Below are positions 37,989 to 46,967 of a stretch of 64,000 nt of DNA, piece after piece. Below the pieces are notes generated by a model. It had not been told where the DNA came from. It made no database searches and saw only the letters and a list, made by a program, of their open reading frames with translations. The DNA is from an uncultured Gemmataceae bacterium. Lineage in GTDB: Bacteria > Planctomycetota > Planctomycetia > Gemmatales > Gemmataceae. Every line of letters starts with the position of its first letter. Position 1 is the first letter of the stretch. The stretch lies in contig CAVVPN010000011.1 in NCBI GenBank assembly GCA_963750165.1, positions 960,001 to 1,024,000 on the forward strand. The letters are read 5' to 3'. Position numbers and translations under genes: made by a program.

Positions 37989-39195
37989 CACGCTCGATCC
38001 CCGCATTGTGGGCCAGCGGATCACCGAGGCTCGCAAAGCCCGTGGCAAGACGCAGGAGGAAGTCGCCGATTTTTTGGGGTGTAGTCGTCCTACCTACATC
38101 GCCATCGAGAAGGGCGACCGTCTCGCCAAGTCGGAAGAGATCATCAAGCTCGCCTCCTTCTTGGGTCGCAAGGTCCACGAACTCGTGCGCCCCACCGAGC
38201 CAGTCGTGGACCTCCAGCCACATCTCCGCGCCGCCGTCGAGAAGATGAAGGGGGCGGACGAGGCAGTGCTCAACGCTGCTATTGACGAACTTCAGCGACT
38301 CGCCGAAGACTACCGGGACTTGGAGAAGTTGATGAACGCGCCATTGCGCTTCAACTATCCCCCGGAGGTCACGCTGAGCCCACGGATCGACCCGGCTGAA
38401 CTGGCCGAGGGCGTGGCTCTTCAGGAGAGGCAGCGGCTCGGACTGGGCGACCAGCCTGTGATCTACTTGCGCAACACGTTGGAGTGGGATGTCGGCCTGC
38501 GGATCTTCTACTGGAGCTTGCCCTCACCCATCGCTGGGATGTACGCCTACACGGCGGACCTCGGCTGTTGCATCCTCGTCAATCGCAAGCACCCGCCCGA
38601 GCGGAGGCGAGTCTCGATGCTGCACGAGTACGGTCATTTGATCGTGGACCGCTACAAGCCCGGCATCGACTACCTGTCGATGACCGGACGCAAGCCTGCT
38701 AACGAGCGTTTCGCGGAGTCGTTCGCGCTGAGTTTCCTGATGCCGACGAGTTCCGTGCGGCAGCGGTTCCACGACATCGTGACGACGACCGGCAACTTTC
38801 GAGTGGCCGACCTGCGACGATTGAGTCATTTTTACTACGTCTCGATGGAGGCGATGGCTCTGCGGTTGGAGCAGTTGGGACTCATTCAAAAGGGAAGCTC
38901 GCAGTTCTTGAAGGAGTCGAAGTTCTCACCACGTGAGGCGGCGGAACTGCTGTGCTTGCAGCCACAGCCGGTGAACGACTTCCCGTTCCCCGACCGCTAC
39001 AAGTATCTCGCCGTTGCCGCCTACGAGCGAGGAGAGATCGGCGACGGCGACCTCGCGCATTACCTGCGGTGTGACATCGTGACGGCCCGAGAAATCGCGT
39101 CGGCGACCCTGACTAGCCGAGAGATGGAGCCCACCGGCGAGGCGAGCGCGTGGCGGCTCGACTTCGCCAAATCGCTACTCAGTACAACCCCCTGA
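37975..39195 (+). CDS. XRE HTH + ImmA/IrrE zinc metallopeptidase
   Basis: RKARGKTQEEVADFLGCSRPTYIAIEKG; RRVSMLHEYGH (HExxH); ERFAESFALSFLMP. Confidence 0.92.
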   Translation: MPQSDTLDPRIVGQRITEARKARGKTQEEVADFLGCSRPTYIAIEKGDRLAKSEEIIKLASFLGRKVHELVRPTEPVVDLQPHLRAAVEKMKGADEAVLNAAIDELQRLAEDYRDLEKLMNAPLRFNYPPEVTLSPRIDPAELAEGVALQERQRLGLGDQPVIYLRNTLEWDVGLRIFYWSLPSPIAGMYAYTADLGCCILVNRKHPPERRRVSMLHEYGHLIVDRYKPGIDYLSMTGRKPANERFAESFALSFLMPTSSVRQRFHDIVTTTGNFRVADLRRLSHFYYVSMEAMALRLEQLGLIQKGSSQFLKESKFSPREAAELLCLQPQPVNDFPFPDRYKYLAVAAYERGEIGDGDLAHYLRCDIVTAREIASATLTSREMEPTGEASAWRLDFAKSLLSTTP

Positions 39196-39212
39196 TCCGA
39201 CAAGGATTCGTC

Positions 39213-39767
39213 ATGTCTCAAGCAGCCATTGACGCCTGCTGCATGTTCGACCTATTGGCTTCGGGACAGGCCGAGGCCATCCTTCGAGCCAGTGGCTTCA
39301 CATGGCAGTTGCCCTCTGCCGTGCAGGGTGAGGTTCAGTACCTTCGTCAACACGACCCGGCGCAACCGGGGAAGTTTGTGAAGGTTCCTGCCGACCTTTC
39401 GGGCGTGATTTCCTCCGGGGTCTTGACCGTTTGCTCCCCGGAGAACCAACAGGAGTTGGACCGCTACACCCACTATGCCACAGTGTTTCGTTCGGACGGC
39501 GAGTCGATGTGTCTGGCGCTTGCCGAGAGGCGGGGGTGGGTCGTCGCAACGGATGATCGAAAAGCGATTCGGGTCGCCCAGCAGGCGGGCCTGACGGTGG
39601 TATCCTGCCCCCAACTGATCAAGGCGTGGGCCGACGCGACTGCACCGGATCAAACCGTGCTGATCAAGGTCTTGCAAGACATTCAGGTACTCGCCCAATT
39701 CAAGCCGAATCCTTCCATGCCCGAGTACAAATGGTGGGTCGATGAGCTTGCAAAAAGCAGTCCGTAA
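39213..39767 (+). CDS. PIN-domain nuclease (putative toxin)
   Basis: AIDAC, V..EV, DGE..CLALA and VATDD.KA acidic PIN motifs. Confidence 0.8.
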   Translation: MSQAAIDACCMFDLLASGQAEAILRASGFTWQLPSAVQGEVQYLRQHDPAQPGKFVKVPADLSGVISSGVLTVCSPENQQELDRYTHYATVFRSDGESMCLALAERRGWVVATDDRKAIRVAQQAGLTVVSCPQLIKAWADATAPDQTVLIKVLQDIQVLAQFKPNPSMPEYKWWVDELAKSSP

Positions 39768-39885
39768 TAGGCGCAGGTCGAGGCTCGTCGAAACTTCTCT
39801 TTCCGCGAATCCACGGAGCCAAGAAATCGACCAGCACCATTTGTTCTAACCCTTCCTGACTCATCATCGGGATGGGATCGCGGTC

Positions 39886-41382
39886 TTACACCTTGTCCTT
39901 GGAGAACAACACTCTGTCAATCTCTTGCGCTCCGAGAACCTCCTTGGCCTCCGCGATCCTCCTTTGCAGTCGCTCGATCAGAAGAGCATGTGACTCGTCC
40001 GTGAAGGTGAAGATGCGAATCGAGCCATGCCGCCCAACTCGGACAAACTGGCCGATTCGCGCTTCGAGAATCGCAGGGTTCAGAGGAAGATCATAGAAGA
40101 CAACGGCTGCTACTTCAGGGATCGGAGTCGCCACGGCTTCGGTAGCGATCAAGATGCCGCCGTTCTCAGCAAAGTCAGCAACGCCCCGCTCGCGTTCTGC
40201 GAACGAATGGCTTCCCGTCAGCACTCGAACTTGCGAGAAACGGTCTCGAAGAGTGATTTCCAAGTAGGTTGCGGTGTCAACGAATCTGGTGAATACGCAC
40301 ACGCGGCGCTCAGCGCCATCCTTGACACCCAATGAGGTCAGTAGATTTAGAAGGGCACCACACTTGGAATCCGACGCGACATCTTCCAGCATTTGCAGGA
40401 TTGGGTTAGCAATCTCGGCCAGTTCAAGATGAATCCTGATCTGATCGGCCTTTGCGAGCGATGCAGGCTGCACAGTTTCGCTTTCTTCAGCATCCTGCTC
40501 GGCTTCAGATACCCCGGCGATTCCATGAGCAAGCTCATTCCGGCGTTGGCGTAGTCGGCGCAGTCTTTGCTCAAGAGCAAATAGACTGGACGAAGCTGAC
40601 TGCAACAAGGTCACGGCGATGAGCCGCGTTTGAGGATCAGAACCGCTGATCGACTGCAAAGAGTCTTGCAGCCGAGCCAGCACCGCTGCCTCATCTGCAT
40701 GTCGATGGTGAGCAACCCATTCGATATGTACCTCTGGCAACAGCGGCCTGCCCTCATGGTCACGCAAGTTCTCGCGCGACCAAACGGTAATCGCTGCGTC
40801 ACGGAAGAGCCCAGACGATCTGTCGATCTCTGGACTGTCCAACGATCCACCTACGCGGAGGAACAGGGCGCGCATCATTGGCGCTCGGCTAAGCAGGTCC
40901 ATGACTAACTTGCCGCGCTGCGTGTCGGGCGTCACCAGTTGCACTTCATCGACGACCATCAGATCCCATGTAACGCTACCGAGACTCTCTGCGACATCCG
41001 CCTGCTTCGCAAAGTCAACCGACATGATGATGACGGAGTTCATCGGCCAGATGTCCTCACCCACTGGCCGTCGAGCTTCAAGCTCTCGCAGACGAGGACG
41101 ATCAACAAGTAGGAGCGAAGCATGTGCATCGCCTCGTTCGATGGTGTCTCGCCATTGCCAGACTAAGGCGGAAGGGGCCAGCACGAGAACTCGATGAGCT
41201 TGCCCAGAAAGAAGCGAGTAATTGATGATCGCTGCTGCCGCGAAAGACTTCCCCATACCGGGCGCGCTGATGAGAAGTTGCCTCCGCACCGCGTCCGGGG
41301 CAAAGAATGCCGCTGCGTACTCGGCCTGATGAGGTAGGCACCCTTTGCCGGTGAATGCCTTCTGCAAGGGGGTGTCGTTCAT
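39886..41382 (-). CDS. Short, divergent SNF2-related helicase
   Basis: LPHQ, APGMGKS, LVLAPSALVWQW, VVDEVQ, CVFTRFVDT and YDLPLNP..LEARIG.F.RVG. Confidence 0.8.
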   Translation of the reverse strand: MNDTPLQKAFTGKGCLPHQAEYAAAFFAPDAVRRQLLISAPGMGKSFAAAAIINYSLLSGQAHRVLVLAPSALVWQWRDTIERGDAHASLLLVDRPRLRELEARRPVGEDIWPMNSVIIMSVDFAKQADVAESLGSVTWDLMVVDEVQLVTPDTQRGKLVMDLLSRAPMMRALFLRVGGSLDSPEIDRSSGLFRDAAITVWSRENLRDHEGRPLLPEVHIEWVAHHRHADEAAVLARLQDSLQSISGSDPQTRLIAVTLLQSASSSLFALEQRLRRLRQRRNELAHGIAGVSEAEQDAEESETVQPASLAKADQIRIHLELAEIANPILQMLEDVASDSKCGALLNLLTSLGVKDGAERRVCVFTRFVDTATYLEITLRDRFSQVRVLTGSHSFAERERGVADFAENGGILIATEAVATPIPEVAAVVFYDLPLNPAILEARIGQFVRVGRHGSIRIFTFTDESHALLIERLQRRIAEAKEVLGAQEIDRVLFSKDKV

Positions 41383-42232
41383 TGCTTGGCCTCCTCTCGA
41401 CGTGCTTCGGCAGCGCGCGCCTTGAGCAGCATCCATTCTCTCCCAGCCGCGAGAGTCTCGTATTCTTCCACCGTGATCCCGCGCTTGAAGTGAAAGACGA
41501 CGTTTCGGAGATCCCGCAATTGTTCGAGCTTGGCCCTTGCGCCACTCGGTTTCCGCCCATGAAGGTCTGGAAATGGTCCCAACTGCGGCCATCACCGATG
41601 ATCTGCACGTAGTCGTTGAACGTCATGTCTTCCAGCCGCGTCGGAAGCTGATCTGCGTATTTGTCCTTGAGGCATTCTTTGGCGCAAGCCGCGAGTGTCT
41701 CAGGGGCCACTGCCAACTGGATAAGCGCTCGCAGGGCGAGTTCGATTTCGGCGATCAGCACAAAGGGGCTTGCTACGCCATACAGATAACGCAGTATGTC
41801 CATTGCCGTCACGATTCCCTGCAACCGATTCGGTTCGCCGACTAGAACGGAATCGAATTGGTCGATGAAATCGAACCACTCCACAAATTCATCGGTGACA
41901 CGCGCAAACGTCGGTTTTTCGAGGCAGTCCTCGACCAGCAATTCCAATGGATTGAATCTCTGATTCTTGGGAGCAGATTGACCGAGCGTGACAACGGCAT
42001 TGGCAAAGGAACGATAAGAAAAGAGTCCAAGGACTTCTCGGCCAACGACTACTGGAAGCTGCGAGAACCGATGCTCCTTCATTTTCTTGAGTGCATCCAC
42101 GGCCAGCATGTCTGGAGGCACGGCGACAATCTGCTGGTCAACAGGGAGAACGCTGTTCAGGCGATGGAAGAGTTCCGTTACCGACAGTGCAGCCCCGCCA
42201 AGGGCCTTCAACAGTATCTTGGTTGCGTTCAT
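41379..42232 (-). CDS. CBS-pair + HEPN-like protein; frameshift near 41545
   Basis: CBS motifs FSQLPVV and GIVTAMDIL; helical 'IAEIELALR'; the next frame gives RAKLEQLRDLRNVVFH (RxxxxH) and ends overlapping the SNF2 ATG. Confidence 0.75.
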
Positions 42233-42306
42233 TCGTTGCCCTCTCCATCGTCGGCAGACAGAGGTGTGGATGGCTCGCGCATGGCCCGCTCGTGGTGGTT
42301 CATAGC

Positions 42307-45300
42307 CTATTCCTCCCTCCAGATCACGCTGCCTTCGTAGCCAAGGACGCCGTGGCGGATCGCGCTGTTGATGGCCGACTTGATGGCGTCCCGGCTAGTG
42401 TCGGTGACGCGAGCGAAACCAAGGTAGCGGGCAAGGGCGTGGATTACATCCTCGCGCTCATAGTTGGTCCCCTTCCGCATCACGGAGCGGAACGTCTCCC
42501 TCAGTTCGTCGAGGCCGTAGTCGGCCATCGTGCCGGTCCCAGCCCGCACCAAGCTGGCCCCGTCCGCCTCAATGATCCGGCGACGAATCGCCGCTCGCAG
42601 GTGCCCCCGCAGCGTCTCGTCAATCTTGGGACCGAGCCGCTGGAAACCGAGAGTCAGCGACACATCTTTCAACAGTTCATCCCGCTCCAGCCAACCCCGC
42701 CCTCGTGTCGCTTGGCGGAAAGCCGCCATGATGGTGTCCGCGTCGATCAGGTCGATGGAAACGGGCCGATTCGTGGGCTCGGCCTCGCTCTCGGGTTCAA
42801 GTTGATCGTCGTCTTTGGGCTCAGGGTCTTCTTCGTTGCCCTCATCGAACAGCGACTTGCCGCCCGCTGGAGGCGACGATTTCCGCCCGCGCCCACTCGA
42901 CGGCTTCTTGCCCTTCCCCTTCTTCTCGTGGAGCCCCTGCTTGACTTCCTCGGCGTATCGCTCGTGATTGAGCCTCAGTAGGCGGGCGAGAATCTCGTGC
43001 CGTGCCGGTTCGCTGATCGTGTTGCGACCACCTTGCTTCGTTTCATGGAATCCGTGGCCGAGGTTGAGATCATGCCAACCGTATGTAGCGACGACGGCAT
43101 TGTCCATTTGGGCGTGCAAGGCGCGTAGTTCTTCCACGTCGCGTGCCTTCTCCTCAGAATCATGAAGACGGTTGTATACCTTGGTAAGCCCTTCTTGTCG
43201 AGCAGTCATGATTTGCTGCCGCGCCAAGAGATACTCGTCCCCGATCTTGCGCAAGCCCTGAACGTCCAGAGGAAACGGAAACGTCTCGCAGCAATCGCTT
43301 GGCGAGTAGTTGAGACGGGATTCCAGTGACGATGAGTAGGCCCTTGCCCAAGGCTCGTGGACGTTCGATTGAAGTACGGAGAAGTCACCAGAATCGCTCG
43401 AAGGAAACACGCCAAGCCGATGAGCGAATACCTGAGCCGCTGGGACCAGCGCGATAGCAACGTGATGGGTCACAAGAGAGACAGCAAAGACTTTGCGCAG
43501 CTTCTTCTCACGAATCGCGGAATACAGTTCAATCGCCTTTCGACCAAATTGCCACCAGAACTTCGCGTACCCTTTGGCTGAGGCATCGTTCTTGAGTCCA
43601 AGCCGATCCCTCTCGGGCTTGACCTTGGCGCGCACAACTTCCAAACATGCTGGATAGTCGGAGGCCACTGGTCCTCGGTAGTCGCTCGCGGCTGACTTTC
43701 GGTCGAGCGGCCAGTCAAAGAAGTTTATCACCCACCGGGTCGCTGACTGATCGACTTGGGAATTTAGGTCTTCTCCGTTTAGATAGGGAAACAGAACCTC
43801 GCTGTTACGCTCGTTCTGCTTCAGAAGTTCGTGAGCTTCCTCTTGGCTCACGACAAAGCCTATCCCAACGATGTTCGAGCCCTGAAAGCAACGGCCACGA
43901 TTCGCACTCAAGCGTGAAGGTGGACCGCCGACCACGTTAGAAGTAGTCAGGAAAGGAGTGATACCGGGAACGTGCGTCTCATCAAGAACGAACGGGCCAC
44001 TCCATTGTCCGAGCCGGACCCAGACATGGGCCACTTCAAGATTCGCAGTTCCGGGCCACTTACGACTCGGCACTGCACGCGGTACGGTACAGCCAGAGGC
44101 GACCAACGACTCCAGTGATACTTCCCGCGTATCGCCCTGTGCAATGGTGTTGGTGGCAAGGAATCCAAACTGACCGTTTTCCCGAAGCAGGGTCTTGGCT
44201 CGAAGGAAGAAGTAGGCACAGAGATCGGCGCTGCCCTTCTTATTGTTCGCCAAGTGTTCCACAAGGTAGTTTCGGTAGGCTGTACCAAGGACTCCCGTGA
44301 TCTTTTTGCCGCCCATGAACGGCGGATTGCAGACGAAGGCGTCGAAGCCACCCCGGTCCACCAGCACCTCGGGAAACTCCAGCGGCCAGTGGAATGTCGG
44401 ATTGCCGCGCATGCCCTTTCTCGCCGCCGCGCTGAACTCCTCCACAGTTCCTTTCTCGACGTAGTATCCCGCCTGTATCGCCATGCTGTTGTGGAGCCGC
44501 TCTTTCCCCTCGGGAGCCTCTTGAAACTCGACCGATAGCAGCAGATCAGCGGCGCAGCGGAGTCGGGCGGTCTTCGCTTCGACCTCAGCAAGCAACTTCT
44601 CCTTGGCCTGCACATCCTCGACCGTGTTCGCAGGAGCCGCTTCGATCTTCTTCCGCAGGGCGATGGCGTCGTCCACCCAGTCTTCGAGCGGCCCCTTGAA
44701 TTTCAGCGTACCCGGCTGGTCCGCCTCCAAATGGAAGTTCTTGAGTTGTCCGAGGTCTTTGATCCCCACCAGCGAGTCGCCGGTGCGGATCGCGTGGTCG
44801 AGGAAGGTGAACGGCTTGTCTTTGGCAACCGTCAGTAGCCAGAGGGACAGCTTCGCCATTTCCACCGCGAGGTGGTTCTTGTCCACGCCGTACAGGCAGC
44901 GCTGGGCGACAATGCGGTGGGCGAACGCAAGCCGCTCGTTCGTGTCCGTGGGAATGGGTTGCTCCGAGGGCACCCCCTTCGATGGCTCCCCGTAAGGGGT
45001 GATGCGCGTCCCCTCGGGGTACTTCTCCTCGCGCTCCATCCATGCTTCGACCAGCCGTTGCGACAGATAGCGGCACGCCTGCACCAAGAAGGCTCCTGAT
45101 CCACACGCCATATCGCAAATTTTGAGGTCAAGCAGTTCCTTCGCCGACCGCAGATTCCACTCATCTTCGGGCTTGCCCTCGGCGGGGCCGACATACACAA
45201 GCGGCTCCAATGTGTAGCGGACGATGGGTTCGGTCAGTTCAGGAGGCGTGTAGTGCGTTCCGCTGGAGCGTCGGTCAGTCCCCTCCGTGACGAAGATGCT

Positions 45301-46953
45301 CCCGGTGCGAACGACCACGGGCCTATCGAACGTGTCGTTCCGCAGCAGGCCAGAGAAGCGAAGCACTCGCTGGAAGAGCTTCTCCTCGTTGCCACAAGTT
45401 GCCCGCAGTTTCTTGGCGTCCTCCCCTTCGAGCGGGGTGTCCAGTCCGCGATTGAGCGTCTTCTCCTGCCTGCCCGTCTGGTCGTTCAGGAACGCGATAA
45501 GGTCGGACTCGCCCTTGTCTTTCAGCCGCTCTACTGCGGCAAGGGCTACTTCCGTTTCCTTGCCTTTCGCACCGAGCAGGCCGAGCATCGGTTCGGCGGC
45601 GCGCTTCGCAGTGTGGTCGAGGAGTCCCTCGTAGACGTGGCCGATCTGTTCGATGCCGAGTGATTGGAAGCTCAGCCGAACAGCGAGGTCTTCCTTGCGC
45701 TCCCCTTGCAAGTATTGCAGAGAGCGCAGCAGGTGCAGCACCGTGCGATTGTTCACAGGCAGCGGTGTGGCCGGGGTATCCCGCCACATCGTCCCCGACT
45801 TACGGCCTTCGAGGAACGGGAAGCGGTCAGGGTTGAAGAGGTTGCCTCCGTAGGCGGGCAGTTTCATACGCTCGTGCTGGACGCCGCCGAACACGGCCCG
45901 AAAGATGGCGAGCAGCCGCGTGTAGGCATCGAGACGGCGTTCGAGAACCTCTTCGCCATGCTGGTCGGCGGCTTCTTGAAGCTGATCGAGGATCGTCGAG
46001 ACGGCGTAGTGCTGCAAGTACAGTTCGTCGTCCGTCTGTGCCGGGATCAGCTTGTTTTCCTCCGCGTAGAAGAGGAACACGAGCCGCATCATGACCGTGA
46101 GGGCGGCTTCGTAGAGTACAGCCTCGGACACCTCGCGCAAGAGTTTCCGTTCGTGGTCCTGATCGGCCCGGTCGAGCGACTGGATGAGTACCGCGACCGC
46201 CTGACGCACTTGAAGTCCCAACTGGTCGGTGACTTCCTTTTGGTGCGTGACGCTCTCGACCAACATCGCTTCTAACGTGTCGAGGTCGGCGACGGAGAAG
46301 AAGCGGCTGACGCCCAAGAGGCTGCGGAACGCCCGGAGTGTCAGCGGTTCGTCGAACCACAGGGTCGCGTACCACGAGGCGAAGCCCGCCGTGCGATCCC
46401 GTGGGGCATCGACGAGCATCCAGTGTTCGCCGTTGGTAACGAGACCGAGGCGGACATCCGTGGCGCGTAGGAGGTCCGCCATCCGGCTCGCGGGAGACGC
46501 ATTCCAGTGCCGTCCCACGATTGGCCTCTCCAAGTCCTGCTGAGACGGGTGGATCTGGACCAGCAGGCGGGGTTTACCAGTATTCGGCACTCCCTCCGGG
46601 TTGCGGACGAGGACATCGGGACGCAGCACCTCGCCGTGAAGGGCGATGTTCGCCTTGAGCGTCTGCGGGATGTCCTGCCCCTCGGCCATCACCTCGTCGG
46701 GTAGGCCGAGAGTCTGCTTGAGCACGAAGTCGATCCACGCCTTGTGAATGGCAGGATTGGGTCGGTGGCTGCTCTCGTTGTCATCCCACTCGTCATACGC
46801 CAGCCGCAAGTGACGGGCGTGCGCCTTCGCCTCGGGCGAGTCGTCCTTGTCGAGCCCCTGCGGGAAGACGCGCTCCAGCACCGGCAGCGTGAGGAACGGC
46901 CCAGCGACCTCGATCAGCGATAGCCATTCGGCGTGATGGCGTGATGCGGCCAT
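42307..46953 (-). CDS. drmMI: DISARM class I adenine methyltransferase DrmMI (Eco57I/type IIG-like)
   Basis: IGHVYEGLL, GTHYTP, DMACGSGAFL, LYGVD, FHWPLEFPEV and CNPPF; follows drmD. Confidence 0.9.
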   Translation of the reverse strand: MAASRHHAEWLSLIEVAGPFLTLPVLERVFPQGLDKDDSPEAKAHARHLRLAYDEWDDNESSHRPNPAIHKAWIDFVLKQTLGLPDEVMAEGQDIPQTLKANIALHGEVLRPDVLVRNPEGVPNTGKPRLLVQIHPSQQDLERPIVGRHWNASPASRMADLLRATDVRLGLVTNGEHWMLVDAPRDRTAGFASWYATLWFDEPLTLRAFRSLLGVSRFFSVADLDTLEAMLVESVTHQKEVTDQLGLQVRQAVAVLIQSLDRADQDHERKLLREVSEAVLYEAALTVMMRLVFLFYAEENKLIPAQTDDELYLQHYAVSTILDQLQEAADQHGEEVLERRLDAYTRLLAIFRAVFGGVQHERMKLPAYGGNLFNPDRFPFLEGRKSGTMWRDTPATPLPVNNRTVLHLLRSLQYLQGERKEDLAVRLSFQSLGIEQIGHVYEGLLDHTAKRAAEPMLGLLGAKGKETEVALAAVERLKDKGESDLIAFLNDQTGRQEKTLNRGLDTPLEGEDAKKLRATCGNEEKLFQRVLRFSGLLRNDTFDRPVVVRTGSIFVTEGTDRRSSGTHYTPPELTEPIVRYTLEPLVYVGPAEGKPEDEWNLRSAKELLDLKICDMACGSGAFLVQACRYLSQRLVEAWMEREEKYPEGTRITPYGEPSKGVPSEQPIPTDTNERLAFAHRIVAQRCLYGVDKNHLAVEMAKLSLWLLTVAKDKPFTFLDHAIRTGDSLVGIKDLGQLKNFHLEADQPGTLKFKGPLEDWVDDAIALRKKIEAAPANTVEDVQAKEKLLAEVEAKTARLRCAADLLLSVEFQEAPEGKERLHNSMAIQAGYYVEKGTVEEFSAAARKGMRGNPTFHWPLEFPEVLVDRGGFDAFVCNPPFMGGKKITGVLGTAYRNYLVEHLANNKKGSADLCAYFFLRAKTLLRENGQFGFLATNTIAQGDTREVSLESLVASGCTVPRAVPSRKWPGTANLEVAHVWVRLGQWSGPFVLDETHVPGITPFLTTSNVVGGPPSRLSANRGRCFQGSNIVGIGFVVSQEEAHELLKQNERNSEVLFPYLNGEDLNSQVDQSATRWVINFFDWPLDRKSAASDYRGPVASDYPACLEVVRAKVKPERDRLGLKNDASAKGYAKFWWQFGRKAIELYSAIREKKLRKVFAVSLVTHHVAIALVPAAQVFAHRLGVFPSSDSGDFSVLQSNVHEPWARAYSSSLESRLNYSPSDCCETFPFPLDVQGLRKIGDEYLLARQQIMTARQEGLTKVYNRLHDSEEKARDVEELRALHAQMDNAVVATYGWHDLNLGHGFHETKQGGRNTISEPARHEILARLLRLNHERYAEEVKQGLHEKKGKGKKPSSGRGRKSSPPAGGKSLFDEGNEEDPEPKDDDQLEPESEAEPTNRPVSIDLIDADTIMAAFRQATRGRGWLERDELLKDVSLTLGFQRLGPKIDETLRGHLRAAIRRRIIEADGASLVRAGTGTMADYGLDELRETFRSVMRKGTNYEREDVIHALARYLGFARVTDTSRDAIKSAINSAIRHGVLGYEGSVIWREE

Positions 46954-46967
46954 TGTCCCTACACCTC

